64,000 bases of DNA from Dendrobates tinctorius (Eukaryota), in assembly GCF_039654945.1 (NCBI RefSeq), contig NW_027361878.1, positions 23,002,001 to 23,066,000 on the forward strand, read 5' to 3'. This document shows positions 26,722-38,648 of the stretch, in pieces (the first letter of the stretch is position 1; every line of letters begins with the position of its first letter). A model generated the notes under the pieces. That model ran no database searches, was not told the origin of the DNA, and saw only the letters and a program-made list of their open reading frames with translations. The position numbers and the translations under genes are program-made.

Positions 26722-28399
26722 TAGGGGACTATCACAGACTTGGCCCTCTCCTGGATCTCATCATACCTAAAGGTACTGTCACACTTAGCGATGTACCAGC
26801 GATCCGGACCAGCGATATGACGCGGTCAGGATCGCTGGTACATCGCTAAGTAGTCGCTAGTGAGCTGCCACACAGGCAGATCTCACCAGCGACATCGCTG
26901 GGGACGGGGATCGCTACTTACCTGTCACACCAGGCGATCCTGCGTCCTCCCGCCTGGCTCCACGCGTCGCTCGTCGTCACAGCAGGAAGCGCCGCAGGAA
27001 GCTGACGACAAGAAACAGTCCTGAACGTTCTCGCGCGATCAGCGATAACCAGCGGGGGAGCCGGTCGTAGGTAAGTATCAGACACAGAGCTATCGCTAGC
27101 AATATCGCTATAACGTCACTAGTTATAGCGATATTGCTAGCGATATCTCTTAGTGTGACATGCCCTTAACAGACCGGACATTCAGCGTCTCCCACTCACA
27201 CACCACCTCCTCACCTCGCCCCCTATCTGTCGGAGTCCCACAAGGTTCAGTCCTAGGGCCCCTGCTGTTCTCTATTTACACCTTTGGCCTGGGACAGCTC
27301 ATAGAATCTCATGGCTTTCAGTATCATCTTTATGCTGATGACACACAGATCTACATCTCTGGACCAGATATCACCTCCCTACTAACCAGAATCCCTCAAT
27401 GTCTGTCCACTATTTCATCCTTCTTCTCCGCTAGATTTCTGAAACTCAACATGGACAAAACAGAATTCATCATCTTTCCCCCATCTCACGTGACCCCCCC
27501 TACGAACCTATCCATTACAGTAAATGACTGCCCACTCTCCCCAGTCCCACAAGCTCGCTTCCTCGGAGTAATCCTTGACGCTGATCTCTCCTTCAAACCA
27601 CATATCCAAACCCTTTCCACTTCCTGCCGACTTCAACTCAAAAATATTTCACGAATCCGTTCATTCCTCACCCAAGAATCTGCAAAAACCCTAGTCCATG
27701 CCCTCATCATCTCTCGCCTTGACTACTGCAACCTCATGCTCTGTGGCCTCCCATCAAACACTCTCGCACCCCTCCAATCTATTCTAAACTCTGCTGCCCG
27801 ACTAATCCACCTGTCCCCCCGCTATTCCCCAGCTTCTCCCCTCTGTCAATCCCTTCACTGGCTCCCAATTGCCCAGAGACTCCATTACAAAACCCTAACC
27901 ATGACATACAAAGCCATCCACAACTTGTCTCCTCCATACATCTGTGACCTCGTCTCCCGATACTTTCCCGCACGCAACCTCCGATCCTCACAAGATCTCC
28001 TTCTCTACTCCCCTCTTATCTCCTCTTCCCACAATCGCATACAAGATTTCTTCCGCGCATCCCCTCTACTCTGGAACTCTCTACCACAACATATCAGACT
28101 CTCGCCTACCATCGAAACCTTCAAAAAGAGCCTGAAGACCCACCTCTTCCGACAAGCCTATAACCTGCAGTAACCACCGATCGACCAAACGGCTGCACGA
28201 CCAGCTCTACCCTCGCCTACTGTATTATCACCCATCCCTTGAAGATTGTGAGCCCTCGCGGGCAGGGTCCTCTCTCCTCCTGTACCAGTCATGACTTGAA
28301 TTGTTTAAGATTATTGTACTTGTTTTTATGTATACCGCTCCTCACATGTAAAGCGCCATGGAATAAATGGCGCTATAACAATAAATAATAATAATAATA
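26722..28399 (+). mobile_element. 5'-truncated L2 LINE (RT C-terminal half), interrupted by a MITE
   Basis: ORF 27160-28173 with [48 protein letters not shown]; (AAT)n tail at ~28380-28399; removing the MITE restores ..SWISSYLTDRTF. Confidence 0.93.
26771..27166. mobile_element. Harbinger/PIF-like MITE inserted in L2
   Basis: TIRs aggtactgtcacact / agtgtgacatgccct; TAA TSD (26768-26770, 27167-27169). Confidence 0.85.
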
Positions 28400-29657
28400 G
28401 GGGTCAGGGACAGACGGGGACTAAAGCCCCCGTCACACACACAGCGACTGCTGAGTTCATATCGTTGTCGGGATCGCTGGTGAGTCGCTATGTGTGACGG
28501 GGCCCTAAGTCCTCCTTCACACGGCCGTGTTTCCAGTACGTGTGGTATCCGTTCTTTTCATGGATCCCACACATGCACATTATAATCTATGGTGCAATGC
28601 ACGTCTGTGTTTTTAATGTCTATATTTCCAATAATACTGCTATATAAGATTTATTATTAGTTCTGCAATAATAATATTGCATTAAAAGGTTAGGTTTATG
28701 AGTTTTGGAGACAGAATACTTTTGAGCAAAGAACGCAGCGTCTTACAGTTGCAGCAAAGTGGATGGGATTTATAGAGCTCTCATGGCCACTGTGCTTTTT
28801 TTTACGTAGCGTAAAATGTCCCGCGGTGCGGGTTTTAAATCTGCCCCAAATACTCATCATGGGAACATAGCCCGAGTATTAGGTTAGTTTTTCATATTGC
28901 AGAATTTCTGCACCTATTATTTGAATTAGGTTACTTGCATTTTTCTATTGCGTTTTTGTGTGCGGCATTTTATATGTGTTTTTCTCACATTTTTGACTCT
29001 GCTTTTTTTGGTCTCTTGTTAATACATCATGCTTTAAATAAAGCTGCTTTGTTTTTGAAACTTCCTGGTATTTGGCTTTGACAAAATTTTATTGATCTAC
29101 TTAAGTGCAAAGTTCATTTAGTTTTTGATGTGTTTACAAAGCGGAAACACACTAAATACACAAGTGCATTTTTTACCAGCAGAATTTACGCATCTAATGC
29201 AAGTCTGTGGGGAAATTACGCACAGAAAACTGTGTACCCGCAAGAGAAATTGCCATGTTATGGATTGGAAACGCACCGCAGGTCTGTTCACGCTGAGTAA
29301 AAAGAAGTACAGCGGCCATGAGAGCTCTATAAATCCCATCCGCTTTGCTGGAACTGAGAGCGTTTTTTCAGCATTTTTCAACCATTAAAAGTAATGGGTG
29401 GCGAAGAAAAAGCTGAAACAACGGAGGTATAAGTTTTTGCCGCGTTCTTTGTGACAAAACTTGATGATGATAATGTGTGCAAACAGTAAAGCGCTGCGGA
29501 ATATGTTAGCGCTATATAAAAATAAAGATTATTATTATTATTATGAAGTAAAATCAGATTTTTTTTGCCCTAATCTTTATCAGCATGCACAAGAGACAAA
29601 TGTATTATTGCAAAAACGCTGTAAAAATGCATCAAAAACGCAATGTGTGAACATAGC

Positions 29658-30089
29658 TGTAACGGGGTCTACCCAAGCTGGGGCACCTCTTTCAGTACCA
29701 CCCCGTGTTTTCGGAGGTCCACTCTGCGTTGGCTGGAGTCTGAATGAATGACGCTGGCTGGAATTCACTGTTTACATGGGCGCATATAAAAGATCACTGC
29801 TTCTCCATGTATTTCCAGTCTGACAACACTTTACTCACAGGGCACAGGATATATCACACAGATACAGAGGGCAGGCCAATAGAAAAGCGGCAGGCCAGAC
29901 ATGCATTACAAAAGCCACAGGTGGCCGGAGCCTGCCGATGTTTACTGTGGAAATTACAAAGGTGGGGGGAGGGCGGACAAAAGGGGAATGCTGATGCATT
30001 AGGGACATGCATCTCACATAGAACCTATTATACATCCATATAACTGCACAACATATTCTGGGTGCTAATTGGTTCTGTAACACGTAACA
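29658..30089. mobile_element. Solo LTR (432 bp) inserted into the terminus of a Harbinger MITE
   Basis: TGTAAC...GTAACA termini, 5-bp TSD atagc (29653-29657, 30090-30094); removal restores gtgtgaacatagcctta. Confidence 0.75.
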
Positions 30090-30216
30090 ATAGCCTTATT
30101 CAGATGAATGAAATAGTTGCAGAAATTTTTGAAGTCATCCAGAGACTCCTCCATCCAGTAGGGTCCTCCTGAAGGCTGAAGAACCAAGCTCTGCTCATAG
30201 TGGGCGCACAGACTAA

Positions 30217-30374
30217 GGGATCATACTCACTTGCGAGTGATTCGCATGAAAACCCGTCACTGCCACCGGCACTCGGACCGGAGCGTATGGCTACATGTAT
30301 TTCTATTCAGCCGCGCACGCTCCGGTCCGAGTGCCGGGTTTTCATGCGAATCTCTCGCAAGTGAGTATGAGCCC
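30217..30374. mobile_element. Short palindromic Harbinger-like MITE (relative at ~40797-40975)
   Basis: gggatcatactcacttgcgag / ctcgcaagtgagtatgagccc with TAA/TTA flanks. Confidence 0.75.
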
Positions 30375-31236
30375 TTATACTCTAAAGCTTTCACTCTGGT
30401 AGTTAGTAAAACAGTTTGCATGTGCATTTAGGAGAAAGCAAGAGCCATTAGACAAAAGAAATACTATAGCGCTCGTTATTACTAATAACACCTTGGAAAG
30501 AGATTAAACATCAAATTTACTGCTCGATTCCATTAAATCAGATGTTTTATATGAAAATTGTGCTTCATTTATTAACCAATTAGGTAAAGTACCCGAGAGG
30601 AGGAGGCTGCAAACCAAAGAATTTTTTTTTTCTTTAGCATTGCGGCGCCATCTTCTGGCAAAGTTGTAAATGTTCGTTTTATGGCACTAATAGTTTGTTA
30701 CATTATTATTTTTATTATTATTTATTTATATAGCGCCATTAATTCCATGAGAAGGGGGTTTACATACAAAGTTATAGATATTGTTAACAGTAAACAAATT
30801 TACAATGACGGACTGGTAGAGAGGGGAGAGGACCCTGTCCTTGCGGACTTACATGCTACATTACAACAAAGGTTAAGGCTGTCTAACTAAGGGCTTGTAC
30901 ACATGGCCATATTTTCGGTCCTAGTGAGGGATGTCATAAGGATGCAAGGTGATAAAAATCACAGTGTACGCTCATGACATTCGTCCGACTTTTCAGGAAC
31001 AACAGAGGACCGATTTTATTAATGCTGATAGGTATGAGCCCTTACTGAGATATTCTGCAAGACCGGGTCATTGAAATAAAAAGGGGAGAACCTTTCTTGG
31101 CCAATCTGAATAATAATACAGTAGTTTTAAGTGACTAGGTCACCAAATATTTTAGCGTATTGGCTAGCCGTAATTTAACAAGCGATAAACAGAAAGGACA
31201 AGGATAGCAAACTGTGTGGTGTATTTGGCTGCTTAA

Positions 31237-31432
31237 CCCCTTCCTTACATTGGATGTACTATTCCGTCCATGTGACCCGAGACTTAAGTCCCATGGACAG
31301 AATAGAACGTCACACGCGATCAGCGGCGCTCACCATGTGGGCGCCGCTGATCGCTGTGACGTACTATCCCGTCCCTTGGATTTAAGTCCCAGGGCACATA
31401 GACGGGATAGTACGTCACATGACAGAAAGGGG
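31237..31432. mobile_element. Small palindromic piggyBac-type MITE
   Basis: TTAA|CCCCTT...AAGGGG|TTAA; central palindrome gcgatcagcggcgc..gcgccgctgatcgc. Confidence 0.8.
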
Positions 31433-31436
31433 TTAA

Positions 31437-34400
31437 TAAATTCTTTTTTTTTGTAAATTCAAAAAAACAATAAAAATACACATATTTAGTATCGCCGAGT
31501 CCGAAACAACCCGCCCTATAAAACTGTCCCACTAGTTAACCCCTTTAGTGAACTCCTTCAAGAAAAAAAAACCAAGGCAAAAAACAAATGCTTTATCATC
31601 ATACCGCCGAACAAAAAGTGCAATAACGCGCGATCAAAAAGACGTATATAAATAAACATGGTACCTCTGAAAACGTCATCTTGTCCCGCAAAAAACGAGC
31701 TGTGATACAGCATCATCAGCATAAAACAAAAAAAGTTATAGCTCGCAGAATAAAGCGATGAAAAAATAATTATTTTTTATATAAAATTGTTTTTATTGTA
31801 TAAAAGCGCCAAAACATAAAAAATGATATAAATGAGGTATCGCTGTAACCGTACTGACCCGAAGAATAAAACTGCTTTATCAATTTTACCGCACACGGAA
31901 CGGTATAAAAGCCCCTCCCAAAAGAAATTCATGAAACGCTGGTTTTTGTTCATTCTGCGCCCCAAAAATCAGAATAAAATCAATCAAAAATGTCACGTGC
32001 CCGAAAATGGTACCAATAAAAACGTCATCTCGTCCCGCAAAAAATAAGACCTCACATGACTCTGTGGGTCAAAATCTGTAAAAATTATAGCTCTCAAAAT
32101 ATGGTGATGCAAAAACTATTTTTACAATAAAAAGCGTCTTTTAGCCTATGACAGCTGCCAAACATAAAAACCACCATAAATAGTAACTCAAACCCCCCGT
32201 TATCACCCCCTTAGTTAGGGAAAAATAATAAAATTTAAAAAATGAATTTATTTTCATTTTCCCGTTAGGGTTAGGGTTAGGGATGAGATTAGGGTTAGGG
32301 GTGTGTTGGGGTTAGGGTTGGAGTTAGAATTGAGGGATTTCCACTGTTTAGGCACAGCAGGGGCTCTCCAAATGCAACATGGCGTCTGATCTCAATTCCA
32401 GCCAATTCTATGTTGAAAAAGTGCTCCTTCCCTTCCAAGCTCTGCCACGCGCCCAAACTGTGGTTTACCCCCACATATGGGGTATCAGCGTACTCAGGAC
32501 AAATTGTACAACAACTGTTGGGGTCCAATTTCTCCTGTTACCCTTAGGAAAATAAAAAAATTGGGGGCAAAAATATCATTTTTGTGGAAAAAAATATGAT
32601 TTTGTTAATCTTTATGGCTCTATGTTGTAAACTTCTGTGATGCACTTGGGGGTTCAAAGTGGTCACCACACATGTAGATAAGTTCCTTGAGGGGGTCTAG
32701 TTTCCAAAATGAGGTCACTTATGGGGGGTTTCCACTGTTCTGGCACATCAGGGGCTCTCCAAACACGACATGGCGCCTGTGGAAACTGTTTGGGTAAGAA
32801 TACAAGGACAGAACAATGGAAAGGACACCATTGTAGGCATTTACTACAGGCCGCCTGTGCAAGCTGAAGATATGGATGAACTCTTTATGCATCAAATGGC
32901 CAAGTTCTCCAAAAAATATGACATAGTTGTCATGGGAGATTTCAGCTATCCAGACATTTGTTGGGAATCTCTCTCGGGCAAAACTAACAGGTCAAGGAAA
33001 TTCTTATCCTCTCTTGCTGACAACTTTATCTTCCAAAAGGTAAGGGAGAAAACAAGGGGAACTGCTACCTTGGATCTAATCCTTATAAACAGGGAGGAAA
33101 TGGTTGAGGAGGTAAAAGTGGCTGGGACCCTAGGAGGTAGCGACCATGCTATTTTAGAATTTTGGATAACTAGAGGAGGAAGACCTGTGAAGACTCAGAC
33201 GTCAAGGTTAGATTTCAGAAAGGCAGATTTTAAGGGATTCAGAAAGAGAATTGGAGGGATCCAATGGCTGGATATCCTTAAAGACAAAAATGTCCAGGAA
33301 GGATGGGAAATCTTGAAAAATGAAATTCTCAAAGCACAATTGTTAACAATTCCGACAAGAGGGAAGAATAGGAAGCATTTAAGGAAACCAGCATGGATGA
33401 ACACAGAACTTAAGCACATGCTAAAAAGGAAGAAAAAATGTTTATAAAATGGAAAGAGGGAGGCATATCTAAAGAAGAATATAATGCTGTCTGCAGAGCC
33501 TGCAGGGCACAAATCAGATTATTAAAGCTGACAATGAATTGAGGCTTGCAAGAGATGTCAAAAGCAATAATAAAGAATTTTGGGGATATGTCAAAAGTAA
33601 AAGAAAAGTCAAAGATGCTATAGGATTTTTACAGGATGAAAATGATGAAATGGTAAGACAGGATGTTGAGAAGGCCGAACTTTTAAATTCCTATTTTGCA
33701 TCTGTTTTCTCTCAGAAAGGAAATGTAACATCAATTGTTCTTCACTGTCCTATTAATGGAATAGAAGAATCCAGGATATCTATAAAGAGAAAGATAGTGA
33801 GGAAACACTTAGCTAACCTAAATGAATTCAAGTCTCCAGGTCCAGATGAATTACACCCCAGAGTTCTGAAGGAGATAGCAGAAGAAATTTTTGAACCCCT
33901 CCCCTCTCCATAATCTTTGAAAATTCTTGGAGAACAGGAGAAGTCCCAGAAGACTGGAGAAGAGCAAATGTTGTTCCTATCTTCAAAAAGGGGAAGAAGG
34001 TGGACCCAGGCAACTATAGGCCGGTGAGTCTGACTTCTATACCAGGAAAGATCTTTGAACAAATTATTAAACAACATGTATGTCAGTACCTGGATAAGAA
34101 TGAAGTGATTAAACAGAGTCAGCATGGGTTTGTAACTAATAAGTCATGTCAGACTAACTTAATTTCCTTCTATGATGGAATCACTGATTGGGTGGATCAA
34201 GGAAATGCTGTAGATATAGTATATCTTGACTTCAGCAAAGCATTTGACAAAGTATCTCATATAATCCTTATTGAAAAAATGACTAAGTATGGAATGGGCA
34301 AGGCAACTGTTAGGTGGATTCACAACTGGCTTAGTGATCGGACCCAAAGAGTGATCGTAAACAGCTGCACATCCTGTTGGAAGAATGTCTCAAGTGGGGC

Positions 34401-35820
34401 ACCACAGGGCTCTGTCCTGGGCCCTGTATTGTTCAACATCTTTATAAATGATTTAGATGAAGGAATTGAGGGTAAACTGATTAAATTTGCTGATGACACA
34501 AAGCTAGGAGGGATAGCTAATACTAGAGAAGAGAGAGAGAAGATTCAAAAAGATATAAATAAACTGGAGAAGTGGGCAGCAACTAACAGAATGGTTTTTA
34601 ACAGGGAAAAATGCAAAGTACTACATCTGGGCAATAAAAATGAAAAAAGCATATACAGAATGGGAGGAATAGGGCTAAGCAACAGCACATGTGAAAAAGA
34701 CTTGGGTATACTAATAGATCACAGACTGAATATGAGTCAACAGTGTGATGCAGCAGCAAAAAAGGCAAATGCAATTCTAGGATGTATTAACAGAAGCATA
34801 CAGTCTAGATCACGTGAAGTCATTATTTCCCTCTACTCCTCTTTGGTCAGACCTCATCTGGAATATTGTGTCCAGTTTCGGGCTCCACATTTTAAAAAAG
34901 ACATCAACAAACTGGAGCAAGTTCAGAAAAGAGCGACCAGAATGGTGACCGGTCTGCAAACCCTGTCTTATGAGGAAAGGTTGCAGGATTTGGAAATGTT
35001 TAGTTTGCAAAAGAGAAGACTGAGAGGAGACTTAATAGCTGTCTACAAATATCTAAAGGGCTGTCATAATGTAGAAGGATCAACTATATTCTCATTTGCA
35101 CAAGGAAAGACTAGAAGCAATGGGATGAAACTGAATGGGAGGAGACACAGATTAGATATTAGAAAAAACTTTTTGACAGAGTGATCAATGAGTGGAACAA
35201 GCTGCCACGAGAAGTGGTGAGTTCTCCTTCAATGGAAGTCTTCAAACAGAGGCTGGACAGACATCTGACTGGGATGATTTAGCGAATCCTGCTTTGAGCA
35301 GGGGGTTGGACCAGATGGCCCAGGAGGTCCCTTCCAACTCTATGATTCTATGATTCTATCTCAATTCCAGACAATTTTGCATCAAACGGCGTGCCTTCCC
35401 TTCCGAGCTCTGCCATGCACCCAAACAGTGGTTTACCCCCACATATGGGGTATCAGCATGCTCAAAACAAATTGCACAATAACTTTTGGGGTCCTGTTTC
35501 CCTTGGGAAAATAAAAATTGGGGGTGAAAAGATCATTTTTTTGGAAAAAATATCATTTTTTAATTGTACGGCTGTACGTTATAAACTTCTGTGAAGCCCT
35601 TGGGGGTTCAATGTTCTCACCCCCTATCTAGATAAGTTCCTTGGGGGGGTCTAGTTTCCAAAATGGTGTCACTTGTGGGGGGTTTCCACTGTTTAGGTAC
35701 ATCAGGGGCTCTCCAAACGTGACATGGCGTCCGATCTCAATTCCAGTTAATTTTGCATTGAAAAAGTCAAACGGCGCTCCTTCACTTCTGAGCTCTGCCA
35801 TGCGCCGAAACAGCGGTTTT
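31437..35820. mobile_element. Second, partial copy of the telomere-repeat/satellite-bearing piggyBac-derived family, interrupted by CR1
   Basis: 32190-32340 matches 6287-6500 (ccccccg.ttatcaccccc..ttagggttaggg); ~390-bp satellite units at 32340-32777 and 35360-35820. Confidence 0.7.
32778..35359 (+). mobile_element. 5'-truncated CR1 LINE; ORF2 (APE endonuclease + RT) broken by frameshifts
   Basis: ORFs 32770-33447 (VVMGDF.YPDICW, GSDH), 33539-33913 (KSPGPDELHPRVLKE) and 34000-35184 ([31 protein letters not shown]); 3' tail (ATTCTATG)n. Confidence 0.95.
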
Positions 35821-35829
35821 CATATCTCC

Positions 35830-36308
35830 CTTTCACAGGACTCACACAGGGAGTGTCGGACTGGACTGCCAATTACCCACAAGTAACTCCACTCAACTTT
35901 CCATTAATCTGCTTGGATATAGCACTCTGTGAACAGCCAGCTTCTTTAGCAATGACCTTTTGTGGCTTACCCTCCTTGTGGAGTGTGTCAATGACTGCCT
36001 TCTGGATATCTGTTAGTCAGCAGTCTTCCCCATGATTGTGGAGCCTACTGAAACAGACTGTGACCTTTTTAAACGCTTAGTACGCCTTTGGAGGTGTTTT
36101 TTGTTAATTATTCTAATTTACTGAGATAATGACTTTTGGGTTTTCATTGGCTGTAAGCCAAAATCATCAACATTAACAGAAATAAACACGTGAAATAGAT
36201 CACTCTGTGTGTAATGACTATATAATATATGAGTTTCACTTTTTGTATTGAGCAACTGAAATAAATTAACTTTTTGATTATATTCTAATTTTGTGCAAAG
36301 CGCCTGTA
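35830..36308. mobile_element. Tc1-like terminal fragment
   Basis: Tc1-like terminal sequence ending ..ctaattttgtgcaaagcgcctg|ta. Confidence 0.5.
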
Positions 36309-36583
36309 CCAGATCATTAATGGATCTCATCCAATTCAATTTCCCTTTTTTTTTGCTCATAGTCTACAAAGTATGTGAATATCCCTCCTCATCCTGTTCT
36401 GTTGTTTCAGCCACAACCATTGCAAATAGCTCCATAAAACCAAGCACACAGCCTTTTAATCTACGATGGTAGTAATATGTTACATACTAAAGAAATTAGT
36501 GGCTTTAAACATGGCACTGTCCTAAGATGCCAGCCTTGCCAGATCATTGCATTTCTGAAGGATCTAATGAGTCCAAGTGTATT

Positions 36584-37771
36584 TGTGGTGCCCCTGAGGG
36601 TTCAGTCGCCACAGAGGTACTGCACCTCAGCCAGAGGTGTGGTATCCCACTATCCAGGTAAGATGGAGACACCTGACCACGCTCAGACACCTGCATCCCA
36701 CACACACTTAGAACAGCAGGGCACCCTATATGACCCCTGCTTGGTTCATGAAGGGTGTTGAGAGTTGGGTGGAGCTTAGGTTTAGAGCGGGAGAGCTGTA
36801 GGAAGTTAGGACAGTTCCCCTTAGGGGGAGGAAGTGAGAGGATGTGTCTGCAGCAGCTCCTAGTCAGGAGGAGCTGCTGGACGGAGTGGACTTTGGAATG
36901 ACGTTCCCTGGAGGGGAAAGGGGTTCTCCCAGAGGCACGGGTGGAGAGTGCTGCACGTGGGGCTCGTTCCACGCTGACGGACGTTAGGTGGGGAGAATCC
37001 AGGTCACAGAAGGGTCTCAGCCCCTAGCCTGGTGGAGTGAACATCAGGACTCAGCTAGAAAGACAATAGCTGTAGCAACTTTAGGGGCCACAACCAACTA
37101 TCACAGTTATCTTCTCCGGAAAGGCCGCCAGCAAGGATCAAGGAAACGTAGTGGGTCACGTTGTCTGACAGGATCCGCAGCAGCTGGCCTGGGACACTGA
37201 CTGTGAGGTGCTGGATTGGAAGGAAAGTGGAAAGCAGCACTGTGGAGATGGCCAGGAAAAGCACATATTGAAGGGAGTGCTGGAAAGGTGTACTTCATCT
37301 GCCTGAGAGTTGACTGAGCCCCTCACCTGAAGAACAAAGTACCAAGCGAGCATCTGTGCGCACCAGAAACTGTGAGTAAAGCTTTGGAACTGCACCCCAC
37401 TGTGTTCTTTGAATTCTTGTGTCAACACTCACCCAGCACTGCTACATCTAACATCAGCAACTATTGCATCTTTAACCAATTACCACTGCCCTGGGACAAC
37501 ACCTCTGCCTGTGGAGAGCTATTCCAGGACAGCTGCAATACACCATCAGTCCCAGAGGATCTGCACTGCAGCGCTGGTCCCTATTGATCAGATACCACAG
37601 GTGGTGTCACGAACTCTTTCCAAAAACTCTTTATTTTTCATTCCCCTGTAAATACACCCCTTTTACTGGACGCCCAGGGCCACGGACCGGGTCACCGCCG
37701 CTGTGACACTGCCCCTTTATGAAGCGGCCTGGCACTGAGTACCCCATTGCCCTGCCCTGGTGGGCAATCTA
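36584..37771 (+). mobile_element. Solo LTR related to the LTRs of the 51224-56231 element
   Basis: Starts tgtggtgcccctgagggttcagtcgccacagaggtactgcacc (near-identical to that LTR's 5' end); shares gtaaagctttggaactgca and cccagggccacggaccgggtcaccgccgctgtgaca; 4-bp TSD tatt. Confidence 0.85.
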
Positions 37772-38648
37772 TATTCAGTCTCTGTCCCCCCAGCCTGACT
37801 GACAGCTGCAGCTGGTACTGAACAGTGTAAGGTCTCAGCAGCAGGGAGGAGGGACACTGAGGAGCTGTCAATCAGTATAGATGTACAGAGTTTGAGTTTA
37901 ATATCTCATAAAGAATCCTACATCTGCCTCATCAGGAGTAAGATATTTATTTAATAATGTGTTTATTGTTTACTAGACTCCTTTTGTTCTACAAGGAGAT
38001 AAAATGCTGTCGGCCCATAGAGAACCCCTGAGCCTACATACAAAGTAGTGAACTGACTGAGGGGGTCTATAATCCACCTCTGTCTTGTCAGAAAGACAGA
38101 CTAATATTGTGTCCAACCTTTGCCATTCTGCATTCTGTAATGCTAGAGGCACATCCCATTGATCAGAGAAATAGTAACACATTTATTGATTTATTTATTG
38201 TTACAGTTTCAGAGGGAAAAAAACAAAACAATGTTATAAGAAAATATTCCCCAGTATGGTTCTTTCATTTGGAACACAAGCATTTACTAAAGCAAACATG
38301 TTAGAGAAGATGACAGCTCTTCTTTCACGCCATTTTGGTTGCTCTCCTTGCATATTTCTGCTAATTTTCCCATAATTCATGATTGTGATGACATCGAAGC
38401 AGCCATAAATAAATGACTGCCATCGTCTTGCCGTCTGCTCATCCTTTGCTTTCCATCACCTCCCACAATTTCTCTTTTCTGGACTTCCTTTGCTGCCTCT
38501 ACAAGAAGCTGACCTTGTACTTACTTAATGACACATGGACAAAGATGAATCTCGTACGATGCATTCTGCGGCCGGACCCCATGTTATCACAGCTCGAAGT
38601 TGAAGTGACGATTCATTTGCGTTTTATTGCCTGAGTTGCAATCACCTG

